Below are positions 24,750 to 38,324 of a stretch of 64,000 bases of DNA, one piece after another. Positions within the stretch are counted from its first letter, which is position 1; every line of letters starts with the position of its first letter. The notes beneath the pieces are model-generated. The model searched no databases and had not been told where the DNA came from. It was given only the letters and a program-made list of their open reading frames with translations. This stretch comes from Heterodontus francisci. Lineage: Eukaryota. Location: the NCBI RefSeq assembly GCF_036365525.1, contig NC_090395.1, positions 65,807,326-65,871,325 of the forward strand, in the 5' to 3' direction. A program made the position numbers and the translations under genes.

Positions 24750-27700
24750 AAAGAACAAGAACAAAGAACAAAGAACAGTACAGCACAGGAACAGGCCATT
24801 CGGCCCTCCAAGCCTGCGCCGATCTTGATGACTGTCTAAACTAACACCTTCTGCACTTCCAGGGACCGTATCCCTCTATTCCCATCCTATTCATGTATTT
24901 GTCAAGATGTCTCTTAAACGTCACTATCTTACCTGCTTCCACCACCTCCCCCAGCAGCAAGTTACAGGCACTCACCATCCTCTGTGAAAAAAACTTGGCT
25001 CGCACATCCCCTCTAAACTTTGCCCCTCGCACCTTAAACCTATGCCCCCTAGTAACTGACTCTTCCACCCTGGGAAAAAGTTTCTGACTATCCACTCTGC
25101 CCATGCCGCTCATAACTTTGTCAACCTCTATCATGTCGCCCCTCCACCTCCGTCGTTCCAGTGGAAACAATCCGAATTTATCCAACCTCTCCTCACAGCT
25201 AATGCCCTCCAGACCAGGCAACATCCTGGTAAACCTCTTCTGTACCCTCTCCAAAGCCTCCACGTCCTTCTGGTAGTGTGGCGACCAGAATTGCACGCAA
25301 TAATCTCAGTGTGGCCTAACTAAAGTTCTGTACAGCTGCAGCATGACTTGCCAATTTTTATACTCTATGCCCCGACCGATGAAGGCAAGCATGCCGTATG
25401 CCTTCTTGACTACCTTATCCACCTGCGTTGCCACTTTCAGTGACCTGTGGACCTGTACTCCCAGATCTCTCTGCCTGTCAATACTCCTAAGGGTTCTGCC
25501 ATTTACTGTATACTTCCCACCTGCATTAGACCTTCCAAAATGCATTACCCCACATTTGTCCGGATTAAACTCCATCTGCCATTTCTCCGCCCAAGTCTCC
25601 AACCGATCTATATCCTGCTATATCCTCTGACAATCCTCATCACTATCCGCAACTCCACCAACCTTTGTGTCGTCTGCAAACTTACTAATCAGACCAGCTA
25701 CATTTTCCTCCAAATCATTTATGTATACTACAAACATCAAAGGTCCCAGCACTGATCCCTGCGGAACACCACTAGTCACATCCCTCCATTCAGAAAAGCA
25801 CCCATCCACTGATACCCTCTGTCTTCTATGACTGAGCCAGTTCTGTATCCATCTTGCTAGCTCACCTCTGATCCCATGTGACTTCACCTTTTGTACCAGT
25901 CTGCCATGAGGGACCTTGTCAAAGGCTTTACTGAAGTCCATATAGATAACAATCACTGCCCTTCCTTTATCACTCATCTTTGTCACTTCCTCAAAAAAAC
26001 TCAATCAAATTAGTAAGACACAACCTCCCCTTCACAAAACCATGCTGCCTCTCTAATAAGTTTGTTTGTTTCCAAATGGGAGTAAATCCTGTACCAAAGA
26101 ATCCTCTCTAATAATTTCCCTACCACTGACGTAAGGCTCACCGGCCTATAATTTCCTGGATTATCCTTGCTACCCTTCTTAAACAAAGGAACAACATTGG
26201 CTATTCTCCAGTCCTCTGGGACCTCACCTGTAGCCAATGAGGATGTAAAGATTTCTGTCAAGGCCCCAGCAATTCCTTCCCTTGCCTCCCTCAGTAGATC
26301 CCATCAGGCCCTGGGGATATATCTACTTTAATGCTTTGCAAGACACCCAACACCTCCTCCTTTTTGATAATGAGATGACTGAGACTATCTACACTCCCTT
26401 CCCTAGGCTCATAATCCACCAAGTCCTTCTCTTTGGTGAATACTGATGCAAAGTACTTATTTAGTACCTCGCCCATTTCCTCTGGCTCCACACATAGATT
26501 CCCTTCTCTGTCCTTGAGTGGGCCAACCCTTTCCCTAGTTACCCTCTTGCTCTTTATATACGTATAAAAAGCCTTGGGATTTTCCTTAATCCTGTTTGCC
26601 AATGACTTTTCATGACCCCTTTTAGCCCTCCTGACTCCTTGCTTAAGTTCCTTCCTACTGTCTTTATATTCCTCAAGGGATTCGTCTGTTCCCAGCCTTC
26701 CAGCCCTTACAAGTGCTTCCTTTTTCTTTTTGACTAGGCTCACAATATCCCGTGTTATCCAAGGTTCCTGAAACTTGCCAAACTTATCCTTCTTCCTCAC
26801 AGGAACATGCTGGTCCTGGATTCTAATCAACTGACGTTTGAAAGACTCCCACATGTCAGATGTTGATTTACCCTCAAACAGCCGCCCCCAATCTAAATTC
26901 TTCAGTTCCTGCCTAATATTGTTATAATTAGCCTTTCCCCAATTTAGCACCTTCACCCGAGGACTACTTTTACCCTTATCCACAAGTACCTTAAAGCTTA
27001 TGGAATTATGGTCACTGTTCCCGAAATGCTCCCCTACTGAAACTTTGGCCACCTGGTCGGGCTCATTCCCAATACCAGGTCCAGTACGTCCCCATCCCTA
27101 GTTGGACTATCTACATATTGTTTCAGGAAGCCCTCCTGGATGCTCCTTACAAATTCTGCCCCATCCAAGCCCCTAGCACTAATTGAGCCCCAGTCAATAT
27201 AGGAGACGTTAAAATCACCCACCACTACAACCCTGTTACCTTTACATCTTTCCATAAATCTGTTTACAAATCTGCTCCTCTACCTCCCGCTGGCTGTTGG
27301 GAGGCCTGTAGAAAACCCCCAACATAGTGACTGCACCTTTCCTATTCCTGAGCTCCATCCATATTGCCTCGCTGCATGACCCCTCCGAGGTGTCCTCCCG
27401 CAGTACAGCTGTGATATTCTCCTTAACAAGTAATGCAACTCCCCCACCCATTTTACATCCCCCTCTATCCCTCCTGAAGCTTCTAAATCCTGGAACATTT
27501 AGCTGCCAATCCTGTCCTTCCCTCAACCAAGTCTCTGTAATAGCAACAACATCATAGTTCCAAGTACTAATCCAAGCTCTAAGTTCATCTGCCTTACCTG
27601 TTATACTTCTCGCATTGAAACAAATGCACTTCAGACCACAAGTCCCGCTGTGCTCCGCAACATCTCCCTGCCTGCTCTTCCTCTTAGTCTTACTGGCCTT

Positions 27701-28062
27701 ATTTACTAGATCCCCCTCATTTATTTCACTTGCTGTCCTACTGCTCTGGTTCCCACCCCCCGCCACACTAGTTTAAACCCTCCCGCGTGACGCTAGCAAA
27801 CCTCGCAGCCAGGATATTTGTGCCCCTCCAGTTTAGATGCAACCCGTCCATCCTGTACAGGTCCCATCTGTCCCTGAAGAGATCCCAATGGCCCAGATAT
27901 CTGAAACCCTCCCTTCTACACCAGCTGTTCAGCCACGTGTTTAGCTGCACTATCTTCCTATTTCTAGCCTCACTGGCACGTTGCACAGGGAGTAATCCCG
28001 AGATTACAACCCTAGATGTCCTGTCTTTTAACGTTCTACCTAACTCCCTAAACTCCCCCTGC
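24750..28062 (-). mobile_element. Near full-length CR1 (HER1-like) LINE: truncated ORF1 (SGNH esterase) plus disrupted ORF2
   Basis: ORF1 C-terminus VVISGLLPV...DGLHLNWRG (27768-28060); ORF2 EN motifs FNARSI, ITETWL, VVGDFN, NSDHN; RT motifs YRPVSLTS, DFSKAFDKVPH, GVPQGSVLGP, FADD; (TTCTTTG)n tail at about 24750-24780. Confidence 0.93.
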
Positions 28063-28559
28063 AGGGGGGAGTTTCCCTCCATGAATCAAGTTCCCTTTTT
28101 TTTCCTAAAACCTGCCTGATAACCCATTTGTGGATCTAGTAAATGGAACAGAGGGAGTCTTTCTCCTGCATACCTAGGAGTTCCGATCTCCTCGACCTGA
28201 CAGAATTGTTGTTCAGCACCAGCAACAAGTTTCACATTAAGCAAATAAAACCACAATATTAATAAATACATATGTTTTATTGTATAATTATTTTTTGCAC
28301 AGAAGATATACATGTGTTATGGGGGACTGTGGAATTTTTATAATACGGAGGTGGCCCTGTTCTAACTCACTTCAATTCAGCGCTAAACCTTGTTTGGGTC
28401 ACCATCACCCATTCCTGCTAACATTTTAACAGTCCTGTTTTCATGATTTTCTATCTTTGATGAAAATTAGTTAAGTTCTGTTTGTTAAATATAACTGACA
28501 GTATTTCAAGTTCTTAGGGGCCAGATTACATCGCCTGGCTTACTGTGTTGTCATGACCT

Positions 28560-28590
28560 GGCTTCCTGCTATCTTCTTCCTCATTTAAAT
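28560..28590 (+). promoter_or_regulatory. Putative PU.1/ETS sites upstream of the Gene B start
   Basis: CTTCCTG and CTTCCTCATTT (reverse complement AAATGAGGAAG) about 100-120 nt upstream of the ATG; motif match only. Confidence 0.35.
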
Positions 28591-28682
28591 TCCTTGTACT
28601 ATTATATTGGATATTTATTTCCATGTGAGATCGAAGAGCTGGGTGACCGACAGCAAGTGCTGATCTGATCTTTGTGAATAAA

Positions 28683-28722
28683 ATGATGTGGATTCCGATT
28701 CTTCTCATTTGTTCCCTGCCCG
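28683..28722 (+). CDS. Gene B exon 1: signal peptide
   Basis: ATG ATG TGG ATT CCG ATT CTT CTC ATT TGT TCC CTG CCC G|gtgagt reads MMWIPILLICSLP(V); a phase-1 donor joins VSGA of exon 2 to complete a leader. Confidence 0.85.
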
Positions 28723-28984
28723 GTGAGTAACAGTCAGAGCTGGATCTTCAGATAATCGGTGTTTGTTTCTGTCTAGTGTACGGTTTATACAGTGAAGATG
28801 TTTAAATACTTGGAGACATGTAAAGGCACAAAATACTCAGCAAAAATAAATCCATAATATTTGTGTGAGTCTTGCATCTCTTTTTGATTATACTATTGTA
28901 CCACAAAAATATTTACCAAATAATGCTAAACTGCATCATTAATTGTGAATGAAAAATAAAAGGCCCATTTAATTTTTTTGAAAA

Positions 28985-29427
28985 AGCTCCACAAGTAACT
29001 TAATCAAAACGCAAAGGCAGCCCGTTTTAATCTGTAACGAGCGATTTTTTTAATGCAGTCTGATGTCCAATATACATTGAAGACTTCTTTTGGGCCTCCT
29101 TATCTCGAGAGACAATGGATACGCGCCTGGAGGTGGTCAGTGGTTTGTGAAGCAGCGCCTGGAGTGGCTATAAAGGCCAATTCTGGAGTGACAGGCTCTT
29201 CCACAGGTGCTGCAGAGAAATTTGTTTGTTGGGGCTGTTGCACAGTTGGCTCTCCCCTTGCGCCTCTGTCTTTTTTCCTGCCAACTACTAAGTCTCTTCG
29301 ACTCGCCACAATTTAGCCCACAATTTAGCTCCACAAGTAACTTAATCAAAACGCAAAGGCAGCCCGTTTTAATCTGTAACGAGCGATTTTTTTAATGCAG
29401 TCTGATGTCCAATATACATTGAAGACT
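28985..29427 (-). mobile_element. RTE 3' fragment (29086-29326) flanked by perfect 101-bp direct repeats
   Basis: 28985-29085 is identical to 29327-29427; the insert encodes the RTE C-terminus, identical in translation to the copy at 47820-48004. Confidence 0.92.
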
Positions 29428-30494
29428 GCAGTGGTAATAATCCCTCAAACAGAACAAGCCTCGAGTTTGCAATTGTTTCTGTCATTTAAAGTATAGCTAA
29501 TGATTTATTGTTTCATGAGGCTCTATCAGTGATACTATTCCTCACTGGTAGGCGGTTGGTCTATATCCAATAAGTGACCGTTTTCTTCCCATTTTTAACT
29601 TCAACCAAGTAAATTTAGCTTTTCACTCCAGTCCCACATTAACTTATGATATTATGCTGCAATGGAATTTTTCACTAATACTGCCATCTCCTGCATTTGT
29701 GATGAATCTATTTTGGAGCCAACAATATTAAAATCCTAGTCCCACCCTACTCTGAGCCACAACTCTGTTAATTCTATTTCATCAAACCTCCCCATAAAAA
29801 TTTGTGCCTCTAACTTATCAATTTTACACAGAATATGTTATGTACTTCTGTACATTCGACTGATGTATGTCTCTATCTGTTTGGCAATCTTCCTCTTTTC
29901 AATCCTTCCCCTTTCTCATCTGATTTCTCTTATCTCCCCATTTCCCCGTTTAATCTTTCCTATATCCTTATCCATTTCTGCTCTTCTCTGTGCCTCTTCA
30001 CCTTGTTTTTAATCTCTATCCTGTCATTTTAGTGTAAACTATTTCCCCACAGCACGAGTTCCTCTCCCAGCAAGGCCATTGGTCTAATAACTGTTCAAAT
30101 AATGTGCTCCCATCCTCTACAAGCTGCTTCTCCTCCGAACTGGCCCCAATGTGCCAGGAATCCAAACCCTTTTCTTCTGAACTATCTCTCCAGCCAGAGA
30201 ATTACTTCCCTTATCTTACCATTTGCAACTGACGACCATGGTACACTGGGAATAATCCTGTCTTTACTACCCTCGTTGATCTATCTCCAAGTTCCTGAAT
30301 CTTCCCTTGCTGAAACTCCAATCCTCTTCCTTTCTCTGTCCTTGGCTGCATGAACCATGTTCACCTTCAGTCTCCAAATCCTGCTGCAGTACATGTTGCA
30401 GCCAATAAAGTTAAGAGGATGGAAATTGATTTGACTATCCCCAAGGTGCTGAATGATTTGGAGAAGAATTTCAAATTCAAGTTGTTACTGTTAG

Positions 30495-31090
30495 AAAGAA
30501 GAACTTGCATTGTTTAGCACCTTTCGTAACCACAGGACATCCTAAAGCTCTTTGCAGCCAATTACTCAACTGAACTATTGCCTCTGTTTTAACATAGGAA
30601 ACACATCAGACAATTTGCGCACAGCAAGCTCCCACAAACAGCAATATGATGATGATCACGTACTATGATTCTAGTTGGTTGAGATATAAATGTTAGCCAG
30701 GACACGAGGGAGAATAAAAGCAAAATACTGGCAGATGCTGGAAATCTGAAATAAAAATGAAATGTGCTGAATAATACTCAGCAAGTCTGGCAGTATCTGT
30801 GGAGAGAGAAGCAAAGTTAATGTTTCAGGACTGTGACCTTTCATCAAAACTGGAGGGAGAATACACCTGCTCTTCTTCAAAATAACACCATGGGAATATT
30901 TACAACTACCAGAGAGGTAGAATGGGGTCAGCATTTAATATCTCATCTGTAAGAAAACACCTCCAACAGTGCAGTACTCCCTCAGTACTACACTGGAATA
31001 TATTTTATTCTCAGGTCTTTGAAGTGGGACTTGAATGCACAATTCACTAGCTCAGAGGCAAGACTGCTGACACTGAGCCACAGCTGACAC
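30495..31090 (-). mobile_element. Deu-SINE interrupted by a Penelope-like fragment (30715-30855)
   Basis: tRNA head reverse complement (CTGAGCCACAGCTGAC) near 31085 and tail near 30500; inserted AAAGCAAAATACTGGCAGATGCTGGAAATCTG... Confidence 0.7.
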
Positions 31091-31329
31091 AATAACAATA
31101 GTGACTGTACTTCAAAAGTAAATGATTGGCTGTGAAGTCCTTTGTCTCATCCTGAGGCTCCGATAAGGCACTAGTTAATGTTTTCTTTCTGCACAAACTA
31201 GAAGGAATTCATGCATTAATAGATAGAGTGGAGAGATTCCTCTGTCCCCAATGGTAACTCTTATTAAAATGTATTTGTTTGTAATAAGCAGTTATTTCCT
31301 GTTCAGTTTCTGAAATGTTGTCTCCTCAG

Positions 31330-31641
31330 TTTCAGGTGCATTGTGGGCAAAAAAGAAAGTAACAGGAATTGTGGGAAGAGCGATCACAATAGATTGTCAC
31401 TATGGGGCATCGTACCAGTCATCCATGAAATATTGGTGTCATGGCTGGACTCGACAGTGTTCAGTTTTAGTCAAATCAAATGGGCAACATGAAAGAATAT
31501 CAATCACAGATAACAAGAAACAAGGAATATTTATTGTTACAATGAAGGATCTTCGCTCAGAAGATGCAGGAAAGTACAGCTGTGGTATTGAAAATTGGAG
31601 CTTTGATCCAATGTTTGCTGTAGAGCTACAAATATCTTACG
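31330..31641 (+). CDS. Gene B exon 2: V-set Ig domain of CD300/pIgR/TREM type (phase 1-1, 312 nt)
   Basis: ctcctcag|TTTCAGGT...TACG|gtacat; ITIDCHY...KYWCHGWTRQC...RISITDN...FIVTMKDLRSEDAGKYSCG. Canonical Cys pair plus the extra KYWC-x6-C pair characteristic of CD300/pIgR V domains. Confidence 0.93.
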
Positions 31642-31764
31642 GTACATTTCTGTGATTAACTTTATTGCTCTCTATTGAAATGTCTTATCAATGCTTTATG
31701 TAGGAGGAAAATTGACAGCTCCAATATCCCGAGGCTCCGCAGCAGTGCACTGAATCACAGGATC

Positions 31765-32078
31765 ACAGAAATGTTGCACTGCAGAAGGAGGCCATTTGGC
31801 CCATCGTGTCCACACCAGCTCGCTGAAAGCAATTCACTCAGTTCCATTCCCTCGCCTTCTCCCCGTAACCCTGTACATTCTTCCTTTTCATATAACAGTC
31901 TAATTCCCTTTCGAATACTTCAAATGAACCTACCTCCACCACAGTCTTAGGCGGTGCATTCCAGACCTTAACCACTCCCTGCGTGAAAAAGTTTTTCTTC
32001 ATGTCACTTTTGCTTCTCTTACCAAATTCTTTAAATCTGTGCCCTCTTGTTCTCGATCCTTTCACGAGTGGGAACAGT
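31765..32078 (-). mobile_element. CR1 3' fragment
   Basis: SRTRGHRFKEFGKRSKSDMKKNFFTQGVVKVWN. Confidence 0.75.
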
Positions 32079-32554
32079 TGCATTGTAGAGTCTGGCAGGG
32101 AGCGGGTAGAGGTCGGGAAATCCAACTCGTGGTATACACACACCCAATTCATGGCCTGTCTTTGGTCTTTCTGACCAAGAATTTCAAGTATTATGGGACT
32201 AACAATTTAACTACAGGATATTGTGGCAGACATCACATGGGATGCTCAGCACATTTTCCTGTCTCTGAACTGTATTAAATAACACACTGTCAGATGTTTG
32301 CGTTCAGATTAAAATGAATAGACAATAACAAAATCAGCGAGCAGCAAGTTGTTACTATTGACATAAATTCCTAAAAATAATCAGGTAGAAACAATCCACA
32401 GAGCTTAACAGGTTTCATAGGCTCCCTAATGTGATGGATGATACACAGACTTCAACTTTACAAACAAACTAAACCCAAAGTGAAAAGCAAGATCATCTTT
32501 TTATTGGTAAAAGAAGCCTCTTTATCAATTGTTGAGACATTGGGGGGAATCTAA

Positions 32555-32720
32555 ATAAAAGCAAAATACTACAGAAGCTAGAAATCAGAAAAACAAGAAA
32601 TGCTGGAAATACTCAGCAGGTCAGGCAGCAGCTGTGAAGAGAGGAGCAGAGTTAACATTTCAGGTCAGTGACCCTTCATCAGAACTGGCAGAGCCAGAAA
32701 TGTAATAGGTTTTAATTATT
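32555..32720. mobile_element. Penelope-like fragment containing a minimal hammerhead ribozyme core (minus strand, 32650-32686)
   Basis: Reverse complement AGTT-CTGATGA-AGGGTCACTGACCT-GAAA-TGTT-AACT. Confidence 0.65.
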
Positions 32721-35700
32721 GGGGGGAATCTTTGTGGTCCTGTGGAGATGTATTTGGAGGTGTGGGGTGGCCGAGAAGATATGAGGAACCTGCATCGAGA
32801 CAGTTCCCTGACACCTTTCCACCTCCAGTGAACTTTCTCGGGGTGGGCTGGGAACAAAATCAGCAACCCGCTCCAGGGAGGTGGGCAGTCAATTAGGCCA
32901 CTTAAGGCCCCACTTAAGTGCCATTTTCCATAGGCGATGCTGGGAGCAGTTCCCCACTGACTACAGAGTCCAGCAGCTCCTTGGAGATGGCTTCCCTGCA
33001 GCAGGTTTAGGGGTTGGGACCCATCGAAGCAGGAGGCTACATGCCCCAATGAAGAGCCACCAGGATGAAAGGCCACAGTCATGGCCAAAACCAAACCTGT
33101 GGAGGGGTTACCACTCCACACCCATGGCTCTACCAGCTGTTGGGAGGATTGGACCAGCGACAACAACCACAGAGGAAAGACTCAGGGCGTTCAAAGGCTG
33201 CACCCCGTTTAACAATGCCTGACTTGATGTACTGCTGGGGGCAGTGAAGAGTCGGAGAGAGATACTATTCCCCTGCAGCGGGAGGAAGAAATCAACATAG
33301 AAGCCGGGCCTGCATGTGGCCGAGGAGGTCAGCCACAGGAGCATTGTGCCACATTCCTGGATTCAGTGCATTTACCTACACCCCGTTGTTTACATCAACC
33401 ATTTCCCTCACTTTGTCTTGCCAAGCCTACTCCATCACATCACTCCTTGCACCCACTTACGTTGCACACGCACCCATCCTTCTCTTTCTGTGCACTTGCT
33501 TACATCCTCATCTATGCATCCTACCCTGTACTCACCCTGACCTGTATGATCCTATCTCTTCTCTCCGATAGTCACCCTCACCAAATGCACTGCATCCATT
33601 GGGTTGACACATGCCATTGGAGCCATTAGAGTCACTCACAGTTCTGTTCTTTCTCCCAGTGCAGAAAACAAGAGCGCCGAACACTAGGGATAGAACCAGA
33701 TGTGGTCCTCCATAGACTTCACAGATGACAACTGCAGAGGAGGAAGCACTTGGAGATCAGTGGCATCTTGATGTCCCTCATCATTGGAGATGGGGAGTTG
33801 GGGACCTCCCAACTACCTAGTGACAGCATTAAATATTATAGTCCCATATGTCATGCAAGACTCAGTCATGTTAATCTTATTTCACTAGTAAGTTAAATAT
33901 GATTATCTTCAAAATGATAAGGTGCAACATTCTTACCTTGTCAGTACCAATTCCTATATTTTTTCTCCACCTGGGCCTTTTCCCATGCAGTAACAGTTAG
34001 TGGACCTTTTTGTAATTAATTCAAAAGGTAGGAGCATTGCTGGCAAGGCCAGCATTTATTGCCCATCCCTAATTGCCCTTGAGAAGGTGGTGGTGAGCCG
34101 CCTTCTTGAACCGCTGCAGTTGTGTAGTAATGGTACTCCCACAGTACTGTTAGGTAGAGCATTGCAGGATTCTGACTGAGCGTCAATGAAGGAATTTATT
34201 GTCCTTCTAGAGGTCGTGGGTTTGGTACGTGCTGTTGAAGAAGCCTCACCAAGTTTTTGCAGTGGATCTTATTAATGGGAGTGAATGTTTAAAGTGGTTG
34301 ATGGAGTGCTGGTCAAGCGGGCTGCTTTGTCCTGGATGATGTCGAGCTTCTTGATTGTTGTTGGAGCTGCACTCATCCAGGCAAGTGGAGAGTATTCCAT
34401 CACACTCCTGACTTGTGTCCTGTAGATGGTGGAAAGGCTTTGGATAGTCAGGTGGTGAGTTACTTTTCGCAGAACACTGCCTATGACCCGCTTATAGCTA
34501 CAGTACTTATATAGCTGGTCCAGTTAACTTTGTGGGGAATGGTGTTTCCCACCACTCCGCCCCCACCAAGAATGGTAATGGTGGAAGATTCAAAGATGGT
34601 AATGCCATTGAATGTCAAGGAGAGGTGGTTAGACTTTCTCTTGCTGGAGATGGTCAGTGCCTGGTATTTATGTGGGGTGTATGTTACTTTATTTATCAGC
34701 TTGAGCCTGAATGTTCAGGACCTGCTGCATGCGGGCACGAGTGCTTCATTATCTGAGGAGTTGTGAATAGAACTCAATGCTGTTCAATCATTAGAGAACA
34801 TTCCCACCTTGAGGACAATGAATCCTCAGAGAAGCTGATTCCTTATGAGGGTGCATCATCAAGAACTCATGCCTACCATGCACCAACACAAATACTCACA
34901 CTTCAATGGGTCCAATTAGGCAGATTGTTGAGTTTTCACCTGGTAACTCACATTTCACAAGTAGCAAGAGCAAACAATGATGGAAGTTTCTCAAGGGCAA
35001 TTAGGTTTGGGAAATAAATGCTGGCCTAGTCAGCGACACCCACATCCCATGAATGAATTTTTAAAAGTTTCAGCTACAAAGAGACTGCATCAGAGGCCAG
35101 AGTCCTCTCCAAACTCTGCTCAGGTGGACACAGGTGGTGTACCCCGGACGCCTTCAACGAAAAGGATAATCATGGAGGGGCAGCAGAAAATCTGTAATGT
35201 ACTGACAGATCTTCCACACAGAATGTCCACAATTGCAGAGAGAATGGAGGAGTCCAACTCAAGCACGAGTGGATTGAGTCTTTGAATATTTTTAAGGCTG
35301 AGGTAGATAGATTCTTGGTAAGCAAGGGGTTCGAAGGTTATCGGGGGTAGGTGGAAATGTGGAGCAATCAGTTCAGCCATGAACCTATTGAATGGCGGAG
35401 CAGGCTCGAAGGGCTGAGTGGCCTACACCTGCTCCTAATTCGTATGTTGTAGGGCATTGCAAGGATATCTTCATCCATGCCAATCAAATGAGTACATGCA
35501 GGCCATGAGCTCAGCCAAGCAGACTCTCCATGCCAATATCTCTGGTGCATGAAATAAGATGACAGACACCTTGCACTTGGCCTTACAGCGCGTCATGGAT
35601 CTGCACCAATCTACTCTCCAGTGGCAGGAGTGAAGTGCAGCTGGGCCACGAGAGGGTTGATGCTGAAAGGGGTCATAGAAATGGGGAACAACTCAAAGCA

Positions 35701-36900
35701 TTCCTACTTCTCATCCCTTGCCCTTCACACCTCCAGACAATATGCAACATGGTGCCTGCTGTTCCAATGACTGAGACTGCCCCTGCACAGGTGCAGGTGG
35801 AGCAATCTTTGATGGGGCCCTCACAAATTGCAGATGAATTCAGTCAAGAGTATCTCAGCAGTCAGAGCAGGGATCTAAGCAGCCTGCCCCTACCTCTGCT
35901 TAAGCCACAGGGGTTGCACCAGGTGAGAATGGTAGGAAGAGGAAAAGTAAAGCTTCGTAGTTGCACAAAGGTATGGACATGGGTATTTGAAAAATTGTTA
36001 TATTGTTATGTTTCTGTTCTTTAGTAGAATCAGATAAAATTTATTACTTTGCACCCCTTTCCCGTGTTGGTTCCTACGTTGGTAACTCGATTTTTCATTT
36101 GCTTGTTGACACATGGGAAGATATGAGTTCATGGGAATCAAAGGAGCTTTGCAATGGGTGGTTAGTTGGTAGTAGGACTGTTTTGTGGCAGTGGCATTGA
36201 TGTTTGTGTGAGAGTGTTGAGAGTGACCATTGGATGTGTTGTTGAAATGGTTCAATGGTGGTAACTAATTGAATTTTACAGCTGTAAGGGAATCCATGGC
36301 ACGCTGGGCAGCGATGTGAGTGATTGCAGCTTTGTTCGCGTCACTATCCTCCCCCTCCTCCCCCTCCTCCTCCTCCTCCATTTCCTTCTCTGCCATGTGT
36401 GCTCTGTGCCTTTTTCCTCCTCCAGTTCGAATCCCCACTGCTGTGCAATGTCTCCTAGCAGCCACACCTTCAGTCTGCTTGTAGGTCCAAAAAGGTCAGG
36501 TTTGCCGGAGGATGAAAGCATCATGGCAACTCTCTGGAAATCCTACATAAATATTTTCCTGTGGTTGCACACCAGCTGTACATTGATAGAATGGAAGCTC
36601 CTGCGGTTTACGAAGACTCCCGGTTAATCTTGGGATGCATGGTTTGCCATGTGTGTGCAGCCAATGATGCCGTGCAATTGTCAGAGTCCAGCCAGAGACA
36701 CAAACCCAAGCACCCACTCATTCTAACCCATATCATCAAAGGCAAAGTTGTGAAATTGTCAGCCCCGACAAACAACCCATCAATGCCTTCTGCATTTGTG
36801 TACAGCCGACTGAGAAAATGTGTTTATGTCACATGCTCTGGAACATCCTGAGGCAAAATACTTGAGGGTTGTGGTCACTTTCACTGCCGTTGTTCATCTG
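32720..36900. mobile_element. Degraded PIF/Harbinger transposon (Myb/SANT gene on +, transposase on -) with nested insertions
   Basis: + strand about 33195-33370: LDVLLGAVKSRREILFP...HVAEEVSHRSIVPHSWIQC (Myb/SANT-like). - strand about 36440-36630: FVNRRSFHSINVQLVC, FPESCHDAFILRQ, WLLGD (HARBI1-type DDE). Ends are uncertain. Confidence 0.75.
34010..34790 (-). mobile_element. Family-B LINE 3' fragment, degraded
   Basis: Reverse complement of the tail and RT C-terminus seen at 9900-10750. Confidence 0.75.
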
Positions 36901-37409
36901 TGGCCATGGCGAATACATTGAGTTAAGATACAGACCAATCATAATCTAATTGAATGGCGGAACAGGCCAAGGGGCTGAATGGTCTACTCACTTTGCTACT
37001 TTCCGGACCACCTATTTATTTTTCAATAGATCTGGGAGTGTGAGTAGCAAAGTGCTTAGGGACAGGCTCACAAGCAGTACTATTCAAAGATAGACTGTCC
37101 TGCCATCAAGCAAATTTTGACGTAATTGTTTCTGAGTTTGCGTCAATGATAATAGTGAAGACCCACCAATTCTCTTTTTAAAAATATTGGTGGATCTGGT
37201 CATTTTTGTGTTTTGGCTACTCCCTTGACACAGAGATAAAAGCGGAAGCTCCCTCCACCCCATCTCCAAAAGGCAGGAGAGGATCGGGTGCAGGGTTTCA
37301 ATGTGTAACCCAACCGGCTGTGAACTTGCTTAGTTCTCTTATAACTACAGCCGGTTCAAGGTATCAAGTACCCTGCTCTGGAGGGGCGGTCAGTGATTAT
37401 AATATTTAA

Positions 37410-37866
37410 ATGAGGCTCCGTTCCTCTGATTTTGGGATCCATTTGAATTTAGTGATTGTGGGCCGTGTTTCCCAGGTTTCGGGAAACTGGGCTGCTGAAG
37501 GGAGGCAGGAGCTGCTGATTGCAGAAGGAAAATCCATTTCCAGCACTGCTTGTGGGCGAGGAGGAGCTGGAGTGCTTCTCCCTGCCACCCAATCAAACAG
37601 TCTCCTGCCATCTCTCTCCCATCACAATCAATTGACACCCTCACCATTGACCAACATCCACTCCCCCCAGCTGTGATATCTCCCTCCCTCCTCACTGCCA
37701 TGCACTGAGCAGCCAGATTTCTAATTTGGTCCACTGCCGGGCAGGAAACAGAGTAAAATGCTCGAATAAGATCCTGTCATTAAATTCGCACAACCTCCAT
37801 CTTCCACAGCATTTCTGAGCTTCCCGGGCAAACATGCACTCCCTCTCTGCCTTATAAATTTCAGGC
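37410..37866. mobile_element. MITE remnant shared with the duplicated intron segments at 2200-2670 and 6365-6465
   Basis: Shared blocks GAGGCTCC(A/G)TTCCTC..., CAGCAC..GCTTGTGGGC, and terminal TAAATTTCAGG. Confidence 0.55.
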
Positions 37867-38324
37867 CAGAGGATCACTTTTCAGTTGCAGATAACTGGAA
37901 CCAATCACAATTACACTTCCGATCTAAATCCACAAAACTTCTAAAAGATATCTGGTAATTTTTTGCCATCATTTTCTGCTGTGTTTATGACTCTCACCAA
38001 CTGGTTCACATTTGAGAGTCAAACAATTAATCAGCATTAGAGGCTGGTTACCTGCCACTGAGAGAAATTGTTACCCTGATTTTCATATTGACACATCCTC
38101 AGTATCATTGCTGCTGTCCTGATCTGCAGCCCTGCTATGTTCTGATACAAGGGTAAACATGGTAGTTGAGGCTACTGGGCGGATGGAGAGATATGGAGAG
38201 GTAGATGTGCTGGTGAGATTCCAACATGGCGGACCCTGGCTGAGATACAGAAGTGCTGATAATTGGAGAGTATTTGATTTTTAGATGTTCAGTCAGTATC
38301 TGAATGTTCGTTTCTTTCCCGCAG

